From Ignicoccus hospitalis KIN4/I (GTDB taxonomy: Archaea > Thermoproteota > Thermoprotei_A > Sulfolobales > Ignicoccaceae), in contig NC_009776.1 of NCBI RefSeq assembly GCF_000017945.1, positions 840,001 to 872,000 of the forward strand: a DNA stretch of 32,000 nt, read 5' to 3'. Positions 1 to 9,033 of the stretch are shown here, piece after piece (position 1 is the stretch's first letter; every line of letters starts with the position of its first letter). Position numbers and translations under genes: made by a program. The notes beneath the pieces are model-generated. The model was not told the origin of the DNA. It did no database searches and worked only from the letters and a program-made list of their open reading frames with translations.

Positions 1-622
1 CGGCGGCCCTCTCGCCCCAGGCGACGAAGGCCAAGCCGGGGGGCGCCATGAGGGCCTTTTGGGAGGCAGAGGCTACAGCGTCCAGCTCCATGGACTCTAC
101 GTCCAGCGGGTGGCCCCCCAAGTAGCTTACGGCGTCCACCAGCAGCAACGCGTCGTTCTCGTGGGCCACCCTAGCCAGCTCTTGTAAGTTCTTGTGGACG
201 ACGCCGGTGCTGGTCTCGTTGGCCACGACCCCCACGGCGCTCGCCTTCGACCTCTTCAATGCGTCGTCCAGCTCCTCAGCGGTGATCCCCTCGCCCTCCG
301 CGGGCTCCACGAGCTCCACCTCAGCGCCCAAGACCTCTGCTATCTTGGCCATCCTGTCGCTGAAGGTGCCGGTCTGTATTATCAGTAGCTTCTCCCCCCT
401 CTCCACGAAGTTAGCTACCATAGCCTCCACCGCGCCCGTCCCGGAGGCGGTCAAGAGAGCCACCCTCTCCGCCCCGAAGAGCTTCTGGAGCTTGGACGTT
501 AGCTCCCTCATCAGTTCTCTGAACTCCGGCCCCCTGTGGTTTATCATCGGCAAGGCTTGGGAGAGCTCCACCTCCGGGTGGAGGCTCACCGGTCCGGGGA
601 GCAAGAGCTGCAAGCGCCTCAC
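1..622 (-). CDS. Class V aminotransferase (serine/alanine-glyoxylate aminotransferase-like), C-terminus beyond the left edge
   Basis: Reverse strand is open from GTG at 622 to the window edge: MRRLQLLLPGPVSLHPEVELSQALPMINHRGPEFRELM...GTGAVEAMVANFV...LLVDAVSYLGG...ASQKALMAPPGLAFVAWGERAA, typical of the class V PLP fold including the SQK lysine motif. The listed plus ORF 192..695 is its shadow. Confidence 0.88.
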   Translation of the reverse strand, partial: MRRLQLLLPGPVSLHPEVELSQALPMINHRGPEFRELMRELTSKLQKLFGAERVALLTASGTGAVEAMVANFVERGEKLLIIQTGTFSDRMAKIAEVLGAEVELVEPAEGEGITAEELDDALKRSKASAVGVVANETSTGVVHKNLQELARVAHENDALLLVDAVSYLGGHPLDVESMELDAVASASQKALMAPPGLAFVAWGERAA

Positions 623-688
623 GGCCTCTCTCCCGGCCCCACCCTTGATAATGAGAGGACTTAGTGCGAATCGCTCGGGAGAGGCAAG

Positions 689-1441
689 TTGTTAGCCCTA
701 ATCACCGACTACGGTTACAAGGACGTCTACGCGGGAATACTCAAGATAGTTGCAAAGGAAGTATGTAAAGACGCTGAGATAATAGACGTCACTCACGGAA
801 TAGAGCCCTTCAACGTGTTAGAAGGCGCGGTGGCTACGCTGGTAGCCGCTAAACACTTGCCCGAGGGTTCCACCTTGGTCGCCGTGGTAGACCCCGGGGT
901 GGGGAGCGAGAGGGAAGCGGTGGCAGCGCGCGTAGGGGGGAGGTTCCTCATAGGCCCCAACAACGGCCTCCTGTGGCTGGCGGCGCAGGAGCTGGGCTTG
1001 GAGAAGGCGGTTAGGATAGAGAAGAAGCTAGTAAGGTATTCTTCTCACACCTTCCACGGTCGCGACCTCTTCGTCCCGGCGGGGGCGTTCTTGGAGTGCG
1101 GCGGGGGCTTGGAGGAGCTCGGCCCCGAGACCTCTCTGACCCCCCTCCCCTTCGAGCTCTACGCCAAGCTAGGGGACAAGAGGGTGGAGACCGTAGCAGT
1201 TTACGTAGACCGTTTCGGCAACGTCATGACTTGGGCGAAAGAAGCCCCCTTCGAGCTCGGAGAGCTTGTAAGAGTGAACGGGAGGCCAGCCCGCTTCGTC
1301 AGGACGTTTTCTGAGGTCAAGCCGGGGGAGCTGGCAGTTTACATAAACAGCTTCGGCTACCTAGAGGTGGCCCAGTACATGGGCGACGCGTCGAAGAGCT
1401 TAGGCTTGAGGCCCGGAGACCCGGTGGTGGTGGAGGCTTGA
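689..1441 (+). CDS. SAM hydroxide adenosyltransferase family protein (DUF62, S-adenosyl-L-methionine hydrolase-like)
   Basis: MLALITDYGYKDVYAGILKIVAKE...IIDVTHGIEPFNVLEGA...VVDPGVGSEREAV...IGPNNGLL...FHGRDLFVPAGAFL matches family motifs; TTG start. Confidence 0.9.
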   Translation: MLALITDYGYKDVYAGILKIVAKEVCKDAEIIDVTHGIEPFNVLEGAVATLVAAKHLPEGSTLVAVVDPGVGSEREAVAARVGGRFLIGPNNGLLWLAAQELGLEKAVRIEKKLVRYSSHTFHGRDLFVPAGAFLECGGGLEELGPETSLTPLPFELYAKLGDKRVETVAVYVDRFGNVMTWAKEAPFELGELVRVNGRPARFVRTFSEVKPGELAVYINSFGYLEVAQYMGDASKSLGLRPGDPVVVEA

Positions 1442-1953
1442 GGGCGCTTTTCCCCGGGAGGTTTCAGCCCTTCCACAAGGGCCACTTGGCTGTGGTCAAG
1501 TGGAGCTTAGAAAGGGTCGACGAGCTGGTAATAGTCGTGGGCAGCGCCCAAGAGAGCCATACCTTGCAGAACCCAATGACCGCGGGCGAGAGGGTTTTGG
1601 CGATCAGAAGGGCCCTAGAGGACGAGGGAATAGACTTGAGGAAGGTATACATAATTCCGGTGCCGGACATACTAATGAACTCCGCTTGGGTGGCCCACGT
1701 GAGGACCTACGTCCCGCCTTTCGAAGCCGTAGTGACGAGGAACCCCCTAGTTAAGGTCTTGTTTGAGGAAGCGGGGTACGAGGTCCTCGAACCCCCTCCC
1801 TTCGGGAGGGAGAAGTACGTCGCGACGAACATAAGGGCATTGATGGCCTTAGGAGACCCCAAGTGGGAGGAGATGGTGCCTAGGGCGGTGGCAGAGATCA
1901 TAAAAGAGTTAGGAATAATAAGGAGGATGAGGGAGCTCTCGAAACGGGATTAG
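1438..1953 (+). CDS. nadM: Nicotinamide-nucleotide adenylyltransferase, archaeal type
   Basis: GRFQPFHKGHLAVVKWSLERVDELVIVVGSAQESHTLQNPMTAGERVLAIRRAL; HxGH-type nucleotidyltransferase. TTG start overlaps the preceding stop codon. Confidence 0.93.
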   Translation: MRALFPGRFQPFHKGHLAVVKWSLERVDELVIVVGSAQESHTLQNPMTAGERVLAIRRALEDEGIDLRKVYIIPVPDILMNSAWVAHVRTYVPPFEAVVTRNPLVKVLFEEAGYEVLEPPPFGREKYVATNIRALMALGDPKWEEMVPRAVAEIIKELGIIRRMRELSKRD

Positions 1954-2363
1954 TCTATGTAACCCATGGCCCTCAAGTAGCCTTCCTCGCTGCCGTACTT
2001 GGCCTTGTACTCTTCCACTATGTCGTAACCGAAGAGCTCCTTATACTTCTTCCTCCCCTCCTCCTTCATCTTGAACGGCGTCCAAGGAGGGTCGAACGTC
2101 AGATCTATGTCCACGTCCTTGACCCCGGGTATCTGTTTAGCCATATTGACTATCTGCCACAATATCTGCCCCCCGGCCGGACACGCCGGCGAAGTTAGGG
2201 TCATCTTTATCTTGACTACGCCGTCGTCAGTCACGTCCACATCATAAACCAAGCCCAAGTCCCAAACACTTATGGGGATTTCGGGGTCGCTGACCTTCTT
2301 CAACACCTCTTCGATTACCCTCTTCTTAATCTCTTCCTTGTCTATCTTGGTTTGTTGGCTCAA
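1950..2363 (-). CDS. MIP18/PaaD-like (DUF59) iron-sulfur cluster assembly family protein
   Basis: VIEEVLKKVSDPEIPISVWDLGLVYDVDV...VKIKMTLTSPACPAGGQI...GVKDVDIDLTFDPPWTPFKM. Confidence 0.88.
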   Translation of the reverse strand: MSQQTKIDKEEIKKRVIEEVLKKVSDPEIPISVWDLGLVYDVDVTDDGVVKIKMTLTSPACPAGGQILWQIVNMAKQIPGVKDVDIDLTFDPPWTPFKMKEEGRKKYKELFGYDIVEEYKAKYGSEEGYLRAMGYID

Positions 2364-2469
2364 CGCGCGCTACCCTCCGACGATCACGGGCTGAGATATT
2401 TAATGTGGAAGAGTTTCGCGGCGGCCCCTCCGCTAGGGTTGACCGGTTCAACATACACGGGGACGATCG

Positions 2470-2757
2470 GTGAACTTCGAGGAACTGGTTAATACTATAC
2501 AAGACTGGACCCTCAAGATAACCGTCGTGGCTTGGGCTTTGGTGGGCCTCTCTTGGGTCCTGGGCTGGGCGCTGAGGGGCGCGCCGGTGCCCCTCTCGAG
2601 GATAAAGAGGCTGGGCCACGGCATAGTAGAGGACGCGGTTATAGCGGCTCTGTGGCTGGCCCTGGGCAGCGCAGTATTTTACTTGATATCGGTAATGGCT
2701 AAGAACTTTTTGCCCCAAGCGACCATAGAGGTCAAGCCGCCCGTGAGCGCGCGATGA
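2470..2757 (+). CDS. Small integral membrane protein with two predicted transmembrane segments, unknown function
   Basis: 95-aa ORF with hydrophobic stretches ITVVAWALVGLSWVLGWAL and VIAALWLALGSAVFYLISVM. Confidence 0.6.
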   Translation: MNFEELVNTIQDWTLKITVVAWALVGLSWVLGWALRGAPVPLSRIKRLGHGIVEDAVIAALWLALGSAVFYLISVMAKNFLPQATIEVKPPVSAR

Positions 2758-2811
2758 GGGCACTATGGCGGAACCGAGGGGTGAGGAATTAGCCGGGCAC
2801 CGAGCGCAATA

Positions 2812-2819
2812 CATTTAAA
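2812..2819 (+). promoter_or_regulatory. TATA box (box A) for the 5S rRNA gene
   Basis: catttaaa lies about 25 nt upstream of the mapped 5S 5' end. Confidence 0.6.
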
Positions 2820-2840
2820 CTGACCTCTGAAGCTGGACAC

Positions 2841-2969
2841 GGCCCGGCCCGGCCACAGCGACCGGGTAACACCCGGACCCATTTCGAACCCGGAAGTTAA
2901 GCCGGTCGCGCGGGGTCCGGCAGTGGCGTCCGAGAGGCGCCGCAGCCGCCCCGTGCTGGGACCGGGCCT
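2841..2969 (+). rRNA. 5S ribosomal RNA
   Basis: Archaeal 5S core GCGACCGGGTAACACCCGGACCCATTTCGAACCCGGAAGTTAAGCCGGTCGC; terminal helix GGCCCGG (2841-2847) pairs with CCGGGCC (2962-2968). Confidence 0.95.
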
Positions 2970-3027
2970 CTAACCGTTTAACTCCTCCCCCCTTCGCACA
3001 CTTTTCTCCTTACTGAGATGCTCTCCG

Positions 3028-4218
3028 TCACCGTTTCACTTTCTTATACAAGTAACATTTCCCTCCCTTGTATACGAGCTCTAACTTCCTCAAGCGGAGC
3101 TCTTCCCACGAGACCACGTATGAGCTCCTCTTGAGCCACCACTTCAAGCACCCCAAGTCCCAGCACGCGGCCTTCTTGACCTCCCCGAAGGGGTACTCCG
3201 CGTAAGCCCAGAAGGGCTTGTACAGCACCGCCTTCTCCCCTCTGACCTTCAAGAAATCAACGATCTCGAAGGCGCAGCAGTCGTGCTTGAGGGACGACGC
3301 TGCCTTCGTACCTATAAATATAAAAGCTAAGATTATCAAGGCACCCAAGTACTTCCAACCCTTCCACTCTCCCAACGAGTTGGCTATTGCGACCGAGTAC
3401 AGCAAGTGGGCCGGGACTTGGTACCACACTTGGACCGCAGTACCCCTCAAGTAGTTGTCCAGTAGGAGCCCCGCCGGCAGCGAGAAGGATATTAAGAACA
3501 AGAGCAAGTCCCTCTTCTTTATGAGAGTATGTAACAAGACTAGGACCTCCGGCAAGAAGAGCGTGACTATGGCCTTCGCGTCCAAAGGCGCCTTGGCCCA
3601 GCCCGGCAACCTCTTATGGAACAACACGTTGTCCAGAGACGTTGCCAAGCCTAGGGAGGCCGGTATCAAGAACAGTAGGAACCTCCTATCCCTTATTCCG
3701 TACAAGCTCAGTCCCAAATAGAAGAACGTCATGCCCTCCCACATCCCTACCGAGTAAATACCTAGAAGCACTGCTGACAAGACCTTCCCCCTAATCGCTA
3801 GGGCCGCGGAGAGGGCGCCCGCCGCGCCAGCTGGAACGCTCGTGAAAACTTTGCTGGAGTACGTCAAGAACAAAGGGTTGAGTAACGCGGACAACGCCAG
3901 CGCGAGGGAGCCCCACCGACCGTTCCACGCGAGGAGGACGGCTGCCGAGGTTACCAATACGTTGAACGCGGCGTACGCGAACCTTAAGGTCCACAAACTA
4001 TCGGTAACGGGGTTGAAGGTTATCATGAACGACCAGCGGAGGGGAGGCAAGAAGGGCAAGTGGGGGTCCCAGTCCCACTTCAACTCTTTAGTTATGTAGT
4101 AGTACCAAGCCTCGTCCCCATGAGGGTTGCAAGGGACGTACTTAGGCATTAAGAATATTATGGATATGAGGAGGATCGTTAGTGTTAGCTTCTCCAGCAG
4201 CCCGGGGGGCTCCTTCAC
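3028..4218 (-). CDS. Multi-pass membrane protein, possible GT39/ArnT/PMT-like glycosyltransferase
   Basis: 396 aa, many hydrophobic helices; N-terminal GDEAWYYYITKELKW resembles the acidic D-E motif in the first extracellular loop of GT-C enzymes. Confidence 0.6.
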   Translation of the reverse strand: MKEPPGLLEKLTLTILLISIIFLMPKYVPCNPHGDEAWYYYITKELKWDWDPHLPFLPPLRWSFMITFNPVTDSLWTLRFAYAAFNVLVTSAAVLLAWNGRWGSLALALSALLNPLFLTYSSKVFTSVPAGAAGALSAALAIRGKVLSAVLLGIYSVGMWEGMTFFYLGLSLYGIRDRRFLLFLIPASLGLATSLDNVLFHKRLPGWAKAPLDAKAIVTLFLPEVLVLLHTLIKKRDLLLFLISFSLPAGLLLDNYLRGTAVQVWYQVPAHLLYSVAIANSLGEWKGWKYLGALIILAFIFIGTKAASSLKHDCCAFEIVDFLKVRGEKAVLYKPFWAYAEYPFGEVKKAACWDLGCLKWWLKRSSYVVSWEELRLRKLELVYKGGKCYLYKKVKR

Positions 4219-4272
4219 CTCGCACCGCCGCTGTCTTTTAACCGAGGAGTTTGTTAACGGCGTCGGTGCCCC

Positions 4273-4830
4273 TTGAGGAGGGAGTTACTCGAACTATTGG
4301 AGGACGAAGGCATAGCTAAGAGACTCTTCGTAACCAACGGCGTGGACTCCCTCTTGTCCACAATAGGAGTTGTTACGGGGACCTACGTCACCACCCACGA
4401 GCTCGACCCAAGGGTTTACTTGGGCGCCTCGTTGGGAGGGGCAATGGCTTTGGGGCTGTTGAGCGGGTTCGTAGGAGTGTACATAACTGAGAAGGTGGAA
4501 AGGTTGAAAGAGTTATCAGAAATGGAAAAGGAAGTAATAGGCAGCTTGAGGAAGTCCGTGTACGCTAAGGCTACTAACTACCTCGCCCTGTACGTGGCCC
4601 TCTGGAGCGCCCTGGGGAGCTTGGGCCTCCCCTTGCTAGCCCTCTCCCCCTTCCTCCTCGCGTTGTTCTTCAACTTCAACGCCGTTTACGCTTCGTTGTT
4701 CCTGGCCTACCTCGAGTTGACGTTTCTGGGACTTTACGCGGGGCGCGACCTCAAGTCGGCAGCGATGTACTTGGCTCTGGGCTTGGCTGCCACGGCCGTG
4801 GCCGCTGCCCTAGGGCGGCTCTTGATATAA
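4273..4830 (+). CDS. VIT1/CCC1-like integral membrane protein
   Basis: GIAKRLFVTNGVDSLLSTIGVVTGTYVTT...LGASLGGAMALGLLSGFVGVYITEKVER resembles the VIT1/CCC1 first helices. Confidence 0.6.
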   Translation: MRRELLELLEDEGIAKRLFVTNGVDSLLSTIGVVTGTYVTTHELDPRVYLGASLGGAMALGLLSGFVGVYITEKVERLKELSEMEKEVIGSLRKSVYAKATNYLALYVALWSALGSLGLPLLALSPFLLALFFNFNAVYASLFLAYLELTFLGLYAGRDLKSAAMYLALGLAATAVAAALGRLLI

Positions 4831-4868
4831 AAGGGGCGAGGCGGACTAGACCTCGTGGGCGCTCGACT

Positions 4869-5273
4869 TTGGACAAGATTAAAGACTTGAAGGAAGGCAA
4901 GAGCGTAACCATAAGGGGTCGCGTGCTAGAGGTAAGCGAGAAAAGGGTCGTTAACACGAAGTACGGACCGGCAGAGCTCAGCGAGGCGGTCGTGGGCGAC
5001 GAAACCGGAAGGGTGAGGGTAACCCTCTGGAGGGACAAGGCTGGATCTCTGGAAGTGGGCGACGTGGTCGAGATAAGGGACGGGTGGACCACCTCATACA
5101 AGGGAGAGGTTCAAGTAAACGTGAACAGGAGGACCGAGATCGTCAAGCTGGACGACTCGGAGGCGCCAAGCCCGGAGGAGATACCGGAGGAGAGGCCTAA
5201 GAGCACGGCACGCGCAGGACCTTCACGTTCCTCTTTCTCACGAAGACGAGGAAGCAACCGTCCTTCCCCTTAA
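4869..5273 (+). CDS. OB-fold single-stranded nucleic-acid-binding protein (crenarchaeal SSB/RPA-like)
   Basis: IKDLKEGKSVTIRGRVLEVSEKRVVNTKYGPAELSEAVVGDETGRVRVTLWRDKAGSLEVGDVVEIRDGWTTSYKGEVQVNVNRRTEI; TTG start. Confidence 0.85.
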   Translation: MDKIKDLKEGKSVTIRGRVLEVSEKRVVNTKYGPAELSEAVVGDETGRVRVTLWRDKAGSLEVGDVVEIRDGWTTSYKGEVQVNVNRRTEIVKLDDSEAPSPEEIPEERPKSTARAGPSRSSFSRRRGSNRPSP

Positions 5274-5508
5274 CTTTCAACCTCTTTCCCTTCCGTTCCA
5301 CTACCTCAAACGATTCAACGAGTTCCTTCCCCTTTTCTGTCAACTCGTAAGTGTTTTCCTTCTTTTTAATGTAGCCGGCCTTCCTAGCGTAGTAGATCAA
5401 GGTCTTGGTTCGGGAGGAGGGCAACCCTAAACAAGTCGAGAGCTCGCCCGCGGAGGAAGGGTCGTCCGCGAAGCAGAGGAGCAGGGGGAGCAACCAGAGG
5501 TCCTTCAT
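5197..5508 (-). CDS. Winged-helix DNA-binding domain protein
   Basis: ELSTCLGLPSSRTKTLIYYARKAGYIKKKENTYELTEKGKELVESF is an HTH plus wing plus LTEKG pattern; overlaps the convergent SSB-like ORF by 77 bp. Confidence 0.6.
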   Translation of the reverse strand: MKDLWLLPLLLCFADDPSSAGELSTCLGLPSSRTKTLIYYARKAGYIKKKENTYELTEKGKELVESFEVVERKGKRLKVKGKDGCFLVFVRKRNVKVLRVPCS

Positions 5509-5572
5509 CCCGGAGTGAGAAGGTTACGGTGACAAAAAAGCTCTCGTTTGGTTTTACTTATTGCTACCTTTT

Positions 5573-7234
5573 TTACTTAGCGGCGGCCCTGGCGGCCTCC
5601 CAGAGCCGTAGCAAGGTCTTCATGTGCTCTATGTCCTTAGTGAGCTGGTACCAGCCCCTCTTGAAGGTCGTCCAGTCTTGACCGTTCATGGCGGTGCCGT
5701 ACCTTATGCTGTTGCTGTAGAACAGCCAGCTCTCCACCCACAGCTTCTCAATGTATTCGTCGAAGAGCGTGACGGGCTTGGCCAAGTCTACGTGTGCCAG
5801 GCCGCTCTGCCACGCCTTCAGCAGCAGCACGGTAGTCTTTAGGGTGGCCTTGTTGGTCTCCTCTATCTGGGTGTCCAGCAGCCTCATCCTGTACTCCGCG
5901 TACTCGGTGTTGTGACACGCGGAGCATATCTTCACCATCTGCTCCCTCCTCTTGGCCATCTCCTCCTCGCTTATCAGGCCGGGGCTGCCGTCCGGCAGAG
6001 TGGCGTAGAGGAACTTACCGGTCTTGATGTCGGGGGCTAAGCTTATCGGCATGGGTAGCTTCACGCCGACTAATGCCTTAGCTATGGTGAGGCCTTGCTT
6101 CGCCAAGGCTTCAGCGGTGCTCTCCGGCATGGCTTCTACGCTGAGCTTGAAGTGCTGGCCGGTCCTAGGCATCGGGTGGGCGTATATCAGGCCGAACAGC
6201 CTCACCCACAGCCTGGTGTCCACGTTGTGGGTCCTCTCCGCTATCACTTCACCGGTCACCGGGTTGACTAGCAGGCTCATGTGACACGTGGCACAAGTGG
6301 GCGCGGTGAAGTCGGCTCCCGGCTTCCATGCCGGCGCCTTCATGTTGTACTTCTTGTGGTGCATGAACCATATGTTGCCGTGCTTGCTCTCCTTCCACAC
6401 GTTGAACGCCGGCACGTCGGGGTCTAGGTGGCACTGCCCACAAGTGTAGGGGCTCCTAGCTATCTCTATGTCGAAGCTGTGCCTCGGGTGGCAAGCGGTA
6501 CAAGCGCCCAGGCTGCCGTCGGGGTTCACCCTACCGACGCCGTGGTTGGGGTAGCCCTCGTACTTCACCAAGGTGACCGGTATGCCGTGAGATATGGTGT
6601 CAACGGTACCTACGACCTTGACCACGGTGCCGTGGCATGCTAGACAGCTGGTCTCTTGGCTGGTCCTCTCGCCACCGAAGGTCTTGCCCATACAAGTGAA
6701 CATGGTGCTGGCGTTAACTAGAGCTCTGTATATGGGGTTATGCATCAAGTTGTAGTAGGCCCAAGCCTTGCTGCTCTTGGAGTACTGCTCTACTTCGGTC
6801 CTGTGGCAGACAGCACAGTCGTTGGGGGTCACTATGGGGTGTATCTTGAAGCCGAAGTGGTCTATGGTGTCAGGGTGCTTCTCGGGGTTGAGGCCGTGGC
6901 ACTCGTAGCAGCCGACCACCACGTTCCTCAAGTTGGCCGGTATCTCGTCCAGCGGGGTGCTCACTTCCCTCTCCAGAGCTGGCTTCTGCCAAGCTTCAGC
7001 CGGGGTCACGTGGGCCATCTTGCTCTTGAGCCAGTCGGCCACTATGCCCGGAGTGACGCTTATGTGACAGCTGAGACACGTCTTGGTCTGCGGGCTAACG
7101 TTCTTCAGTTTGGCGACGGCCTCTTGGAGGTTCACAGTGTTAGCCATTTCGTCGTGAGCCATCATGTGTCCCATAGGCATGGCGAGGAGCGCGGTCGCCA
7201 GTAGGAGAGCCAGCAGCGCGCCCCTCATGGTCAC
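5573..7234 (-). CDS. Exported octaheme cytochrome c, hydroxylamine oxidoreductase (HAO)-like family
   Basis: Signal-like N-terminus MTMRGALLALLLATALLAMPMG; eight CXXCH motifs counted (CLSCH, CYECH, CAVCH, CLACH, CTACH, CGQCH, CATCH, CSACH) in an HAO-like arrangement. Confidence 0.85.
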   Translation of the reverse strand: MTMRGALLALLLATALLAMPMGHMMAHDEMANTVNLQEAVAKLKNVSPQTKTCLSCHISVTPGIVADWLKSKMAHVTPAEAWQKPALEREVSTPLDEIPANLRNVVVGCYECHGLNPEKHPDTIDHFGFKIHPIVTPNDCAVCHRTEVEQYSKSSKAWAYYNLMHNPIYRALVNASTMFTCMGKTFGGERTSQETSCLACHGTVVKVVGTVDTISHGIPVTLVKYEGYPNHGVGRVNPDGSLGACTACHPRHSFDIEIARSPYTCGQCHLDPDVPAFNVWKESKHGNIWFMHHKKYNMKAPAWKPGADFTAPTCATCHMSLLVNPVTGEVIAERTHNVDTRLWVRLFGLIYAHPMPRTGQHFKLSVEAMPESTAEALAKQGLTIAKALVGVKLPMPISLAPDIKTGKFLYATLPDGSPGLISEEEMAKRREQMVKICSACHNTEYAEYRMRLLDTQIEETNKATLKTTVLLLKAWQSGLAHVDLAKPVTLFDEYIEKLWVESWLFYSNSIRYGTAMNGQDWTTFKRGWYQLTKDIEHMKTLLRLWEAARAAAK

Positions 7235-7333
7235 TCTCCTCGGTTGGGAGGACTTTCAGGGCGTTAAAAAATGTCTTCCATATAGGGCATGGCTCGGGGC
7301 GAAGTTTGCTGGTTGCTCAGCCATTAAACCACT

Positions 7334-7999
7334 TTAAATTGAGGTGTGCAGTTTCCGAGTCCAGGTTACGTGAATACACCTACCGCACTCGCAGAACTTA
7401 GCCGCGGAGGGCTCGAAGTCCGGCGACTCGTCTACCCTTTCGAAGCCCTCCCCTTCGAACAAGTTCGTCCCGGCGCCCAAGACTTTGCCTACGTACGTTA
7501 TTTCCAAGGTATTCACATATTTCAGCAAGCTCCAGTTAAGCCTTCCGCCCCCTTCAACTAAGACCTTCCTCACCCCCTTAGAGCCCAGCTCTTCCAGCGC
7601 CCTCCCCCAGTCCACCTCGGGCCCCTTTCCGGCGACGAGCACCTCGACGCCCAACGACTTAAAGTACTTGTACTTCCACTCGTTATTCCTTATACCTTCG
7701 ACAGTTGTAACGACCAAGCTGGTCCACGGCCACTCCCGGAACAGCCTTAGGTCGTGTGGGACCGAGAGCCTCCCGTCCACTACCCCCCTCAAGGGTTGAC
7801 GTTTGCACGGCACCCTCTTCACGAAAAGTCCGGGGTCGTCCGTCTTAGCAGTGTTCGCTCCAACCAAGACCAAGTCGGACCAGCAGCGCCACTTGTGGAG
7901 GAGCCTTAGGTCGTTTTCACAAGAGAGTTTGGAGTCTCCGGACTTGGTGGCTATTCTGCCGTCCAAACTGGCGGTGGAAAATATGACGACTTCTATCAC
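7334..7999 (-). CDS. RibD C-terminal domain reductase (2,5-diamino-6-ribosylamino-pyrimidinone 5'-phosphate reductase-like)
   Basis: VVIFSTASLDGRIATKSGDSKLS...WSDLVLVGANTAKTDDPGLFVKRV...KVLVEGGGRLNWSLL, a canonical RibD_C pattern; GTG start. Confidence 0.85.
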   Translation of the reverse strand: MIEVVIFSTASLDGRIATKSGDSKLSCENDLRLLHKWRCWSDLVLVGANTAKTDDPGLFVKRVPCKRQPLRGVVDGRLSVPHDLRLFREWPWTSLVVTTVEGIRNNEWKYKYFKSLGVEVLVAGKGPEVDWGRALEELGSKGVRKVLVEGGGRLNWSLLKYVNTLEITYVGKVLGAGTNLFEGEGFERVDESPDFEPSAAKFCECGRCIHVTWTRKLHTSI

Positions 8000-8042
8000 A
8001 CAAAACCCCTTTCTAACGTCGCTCTAAGGGGTAAGAATATCC

Positions 8043-8600
8043 GTGATCTTCTTGGGGGGAATTAACGGAACCGGGAAGACGTCTTCGTGCTTAGCTTTGG
8101 AGAAGCGAGGCCTCAAGTGTTCTAAGGTCCCTCAACTGTGTTACGGAGGCGAAAACCCGATAGCGTTTGAGATATACGCGCTTAACAACACGATGTTCCA
8201 CGCGAGGGGCGACGCGGTAGACGAGTCGCCTTTGACCCATCAACTCTATTTAGCTGCTATAGCCGAGAACATAGGCATAGCTTCCGAGGGGGACGAGACG
8301 CTAAGGCGCGTGGAAGAGGGCATATTCATGACGGTACGGAAGCTGAAAGACGAAGGTCACAAGTTCGTCTGGCTGACGGCGGACCCGGCGGTCATTCAAG
8401 CTCGTCTGGCTAGGTCGGGAACTTGTAGGTACCGACCTTTCATAGAGCAGATGAGCTTCTTACTCGGCACCTTAAAGTTCCTAGAGAATAAGGCAATTAA
8501 AGAGTGGAGAGAGGAGGGTGTCGTGGACCTAGTCGTGGACACCTCTTCGAAAACCCCCGAGGAAGTTGCGGAGGAGGTGGCGAGGCTCCTTGAGGGTTAG
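8043..8600 (+). CDS. P-loop nucleotide kinase-like protein
   Basis: Walker A GGINGTGKTS near the N-terminus; VWLTADPAVIQARLARSG and a C-terminal VVDLVVDTSSKTPEEVAEEVARLL kinase-like end. Confidence 0.7.
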   Translation: MIFLGGINGTGKTSSCLALEKRGLKCSKVPQLCYGGENPIAFEIYALNNTMFHARGDAVDESPLTHQLYLAAIAENIGIASEGDETLRRVEEGIFMTVRKLKDEGHKFVWLTADPAVIQARLARSGTCRYRPFIEQMSFLLGTLKFLENKAIKEWREEGVVDLVVDTSSKTPEEVAEEVARLLEG

Positions 8601-9033
8601 GGTGGAGGCCGAAGTCAGGCCCACAGAGGACCCGAACAAGGTCTTGAAGGCCCTTAGGAACTTGTTTAACATGGAGTTCAAGTTGGTCGAGAGGGGCAGA
8701 GGGTGGGCCAGCTGGGTCGGCGAGAGTGAGGACCTAACTTCCCTCCTCCCCCTCAAGAGGGCCATCCAAGCGAAGGCCGTGGACGAGACGTTTTACAAGT
8801 ACTTGAAGAGGCTGAGCAAAGGCACACAGAACTTGTTAATTTTTAAGCTAAATAAACAAGCCGCTTATGCCGGAACGCCCTCTTTAGCGGAAGAGGATGT
8901 CGAGTCCCCCTTAGGGGCTATAACGGTTGAAGTGGAAGCCGAGGACGTGAAGAAAGTAATAGCTTGGTTGACGGGGAAGGAAGGTGAAGTCAGCGGACGT
9001 GACGAGGATTCGTCTGTGCGACAAAACGGTTAG
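8590..9033 (+). CDS. UPF0201 family archaeal protein
   Basis: RVRVEAEVRPTEDPNKVLKALRNLFNM matches the family N-terminus; start refined from 8566 to TTG 8590 (GTG 8602 is an alternative). Confidence 0.75.
   Translation: MRVRVEAEVRPTEDPNKVLKALRNLFNMEFKLVERGRGWASWVGESEDLTSLLPLKRAIQAKAVDETFYKYLKRLSKGTQNLLIFKLNKQAAYAGTPSLAEEDVESPLGAITVEVEAEDVKKVIAWLTGKEGEVSGRDEDSSVRQNG

Noticed and set aside
192-695. Plus-strand 167-aa ORF
   Set aside because: Low-complexity Ser-rich shadow of the minus-strand class V aminotransferase, which has clear family motifs.
2326-2814. Minus-strand 162-aa ORF
   Set aside because: No family resemblance and antisense to the small two-TM protein and flanking intergenic sequence.
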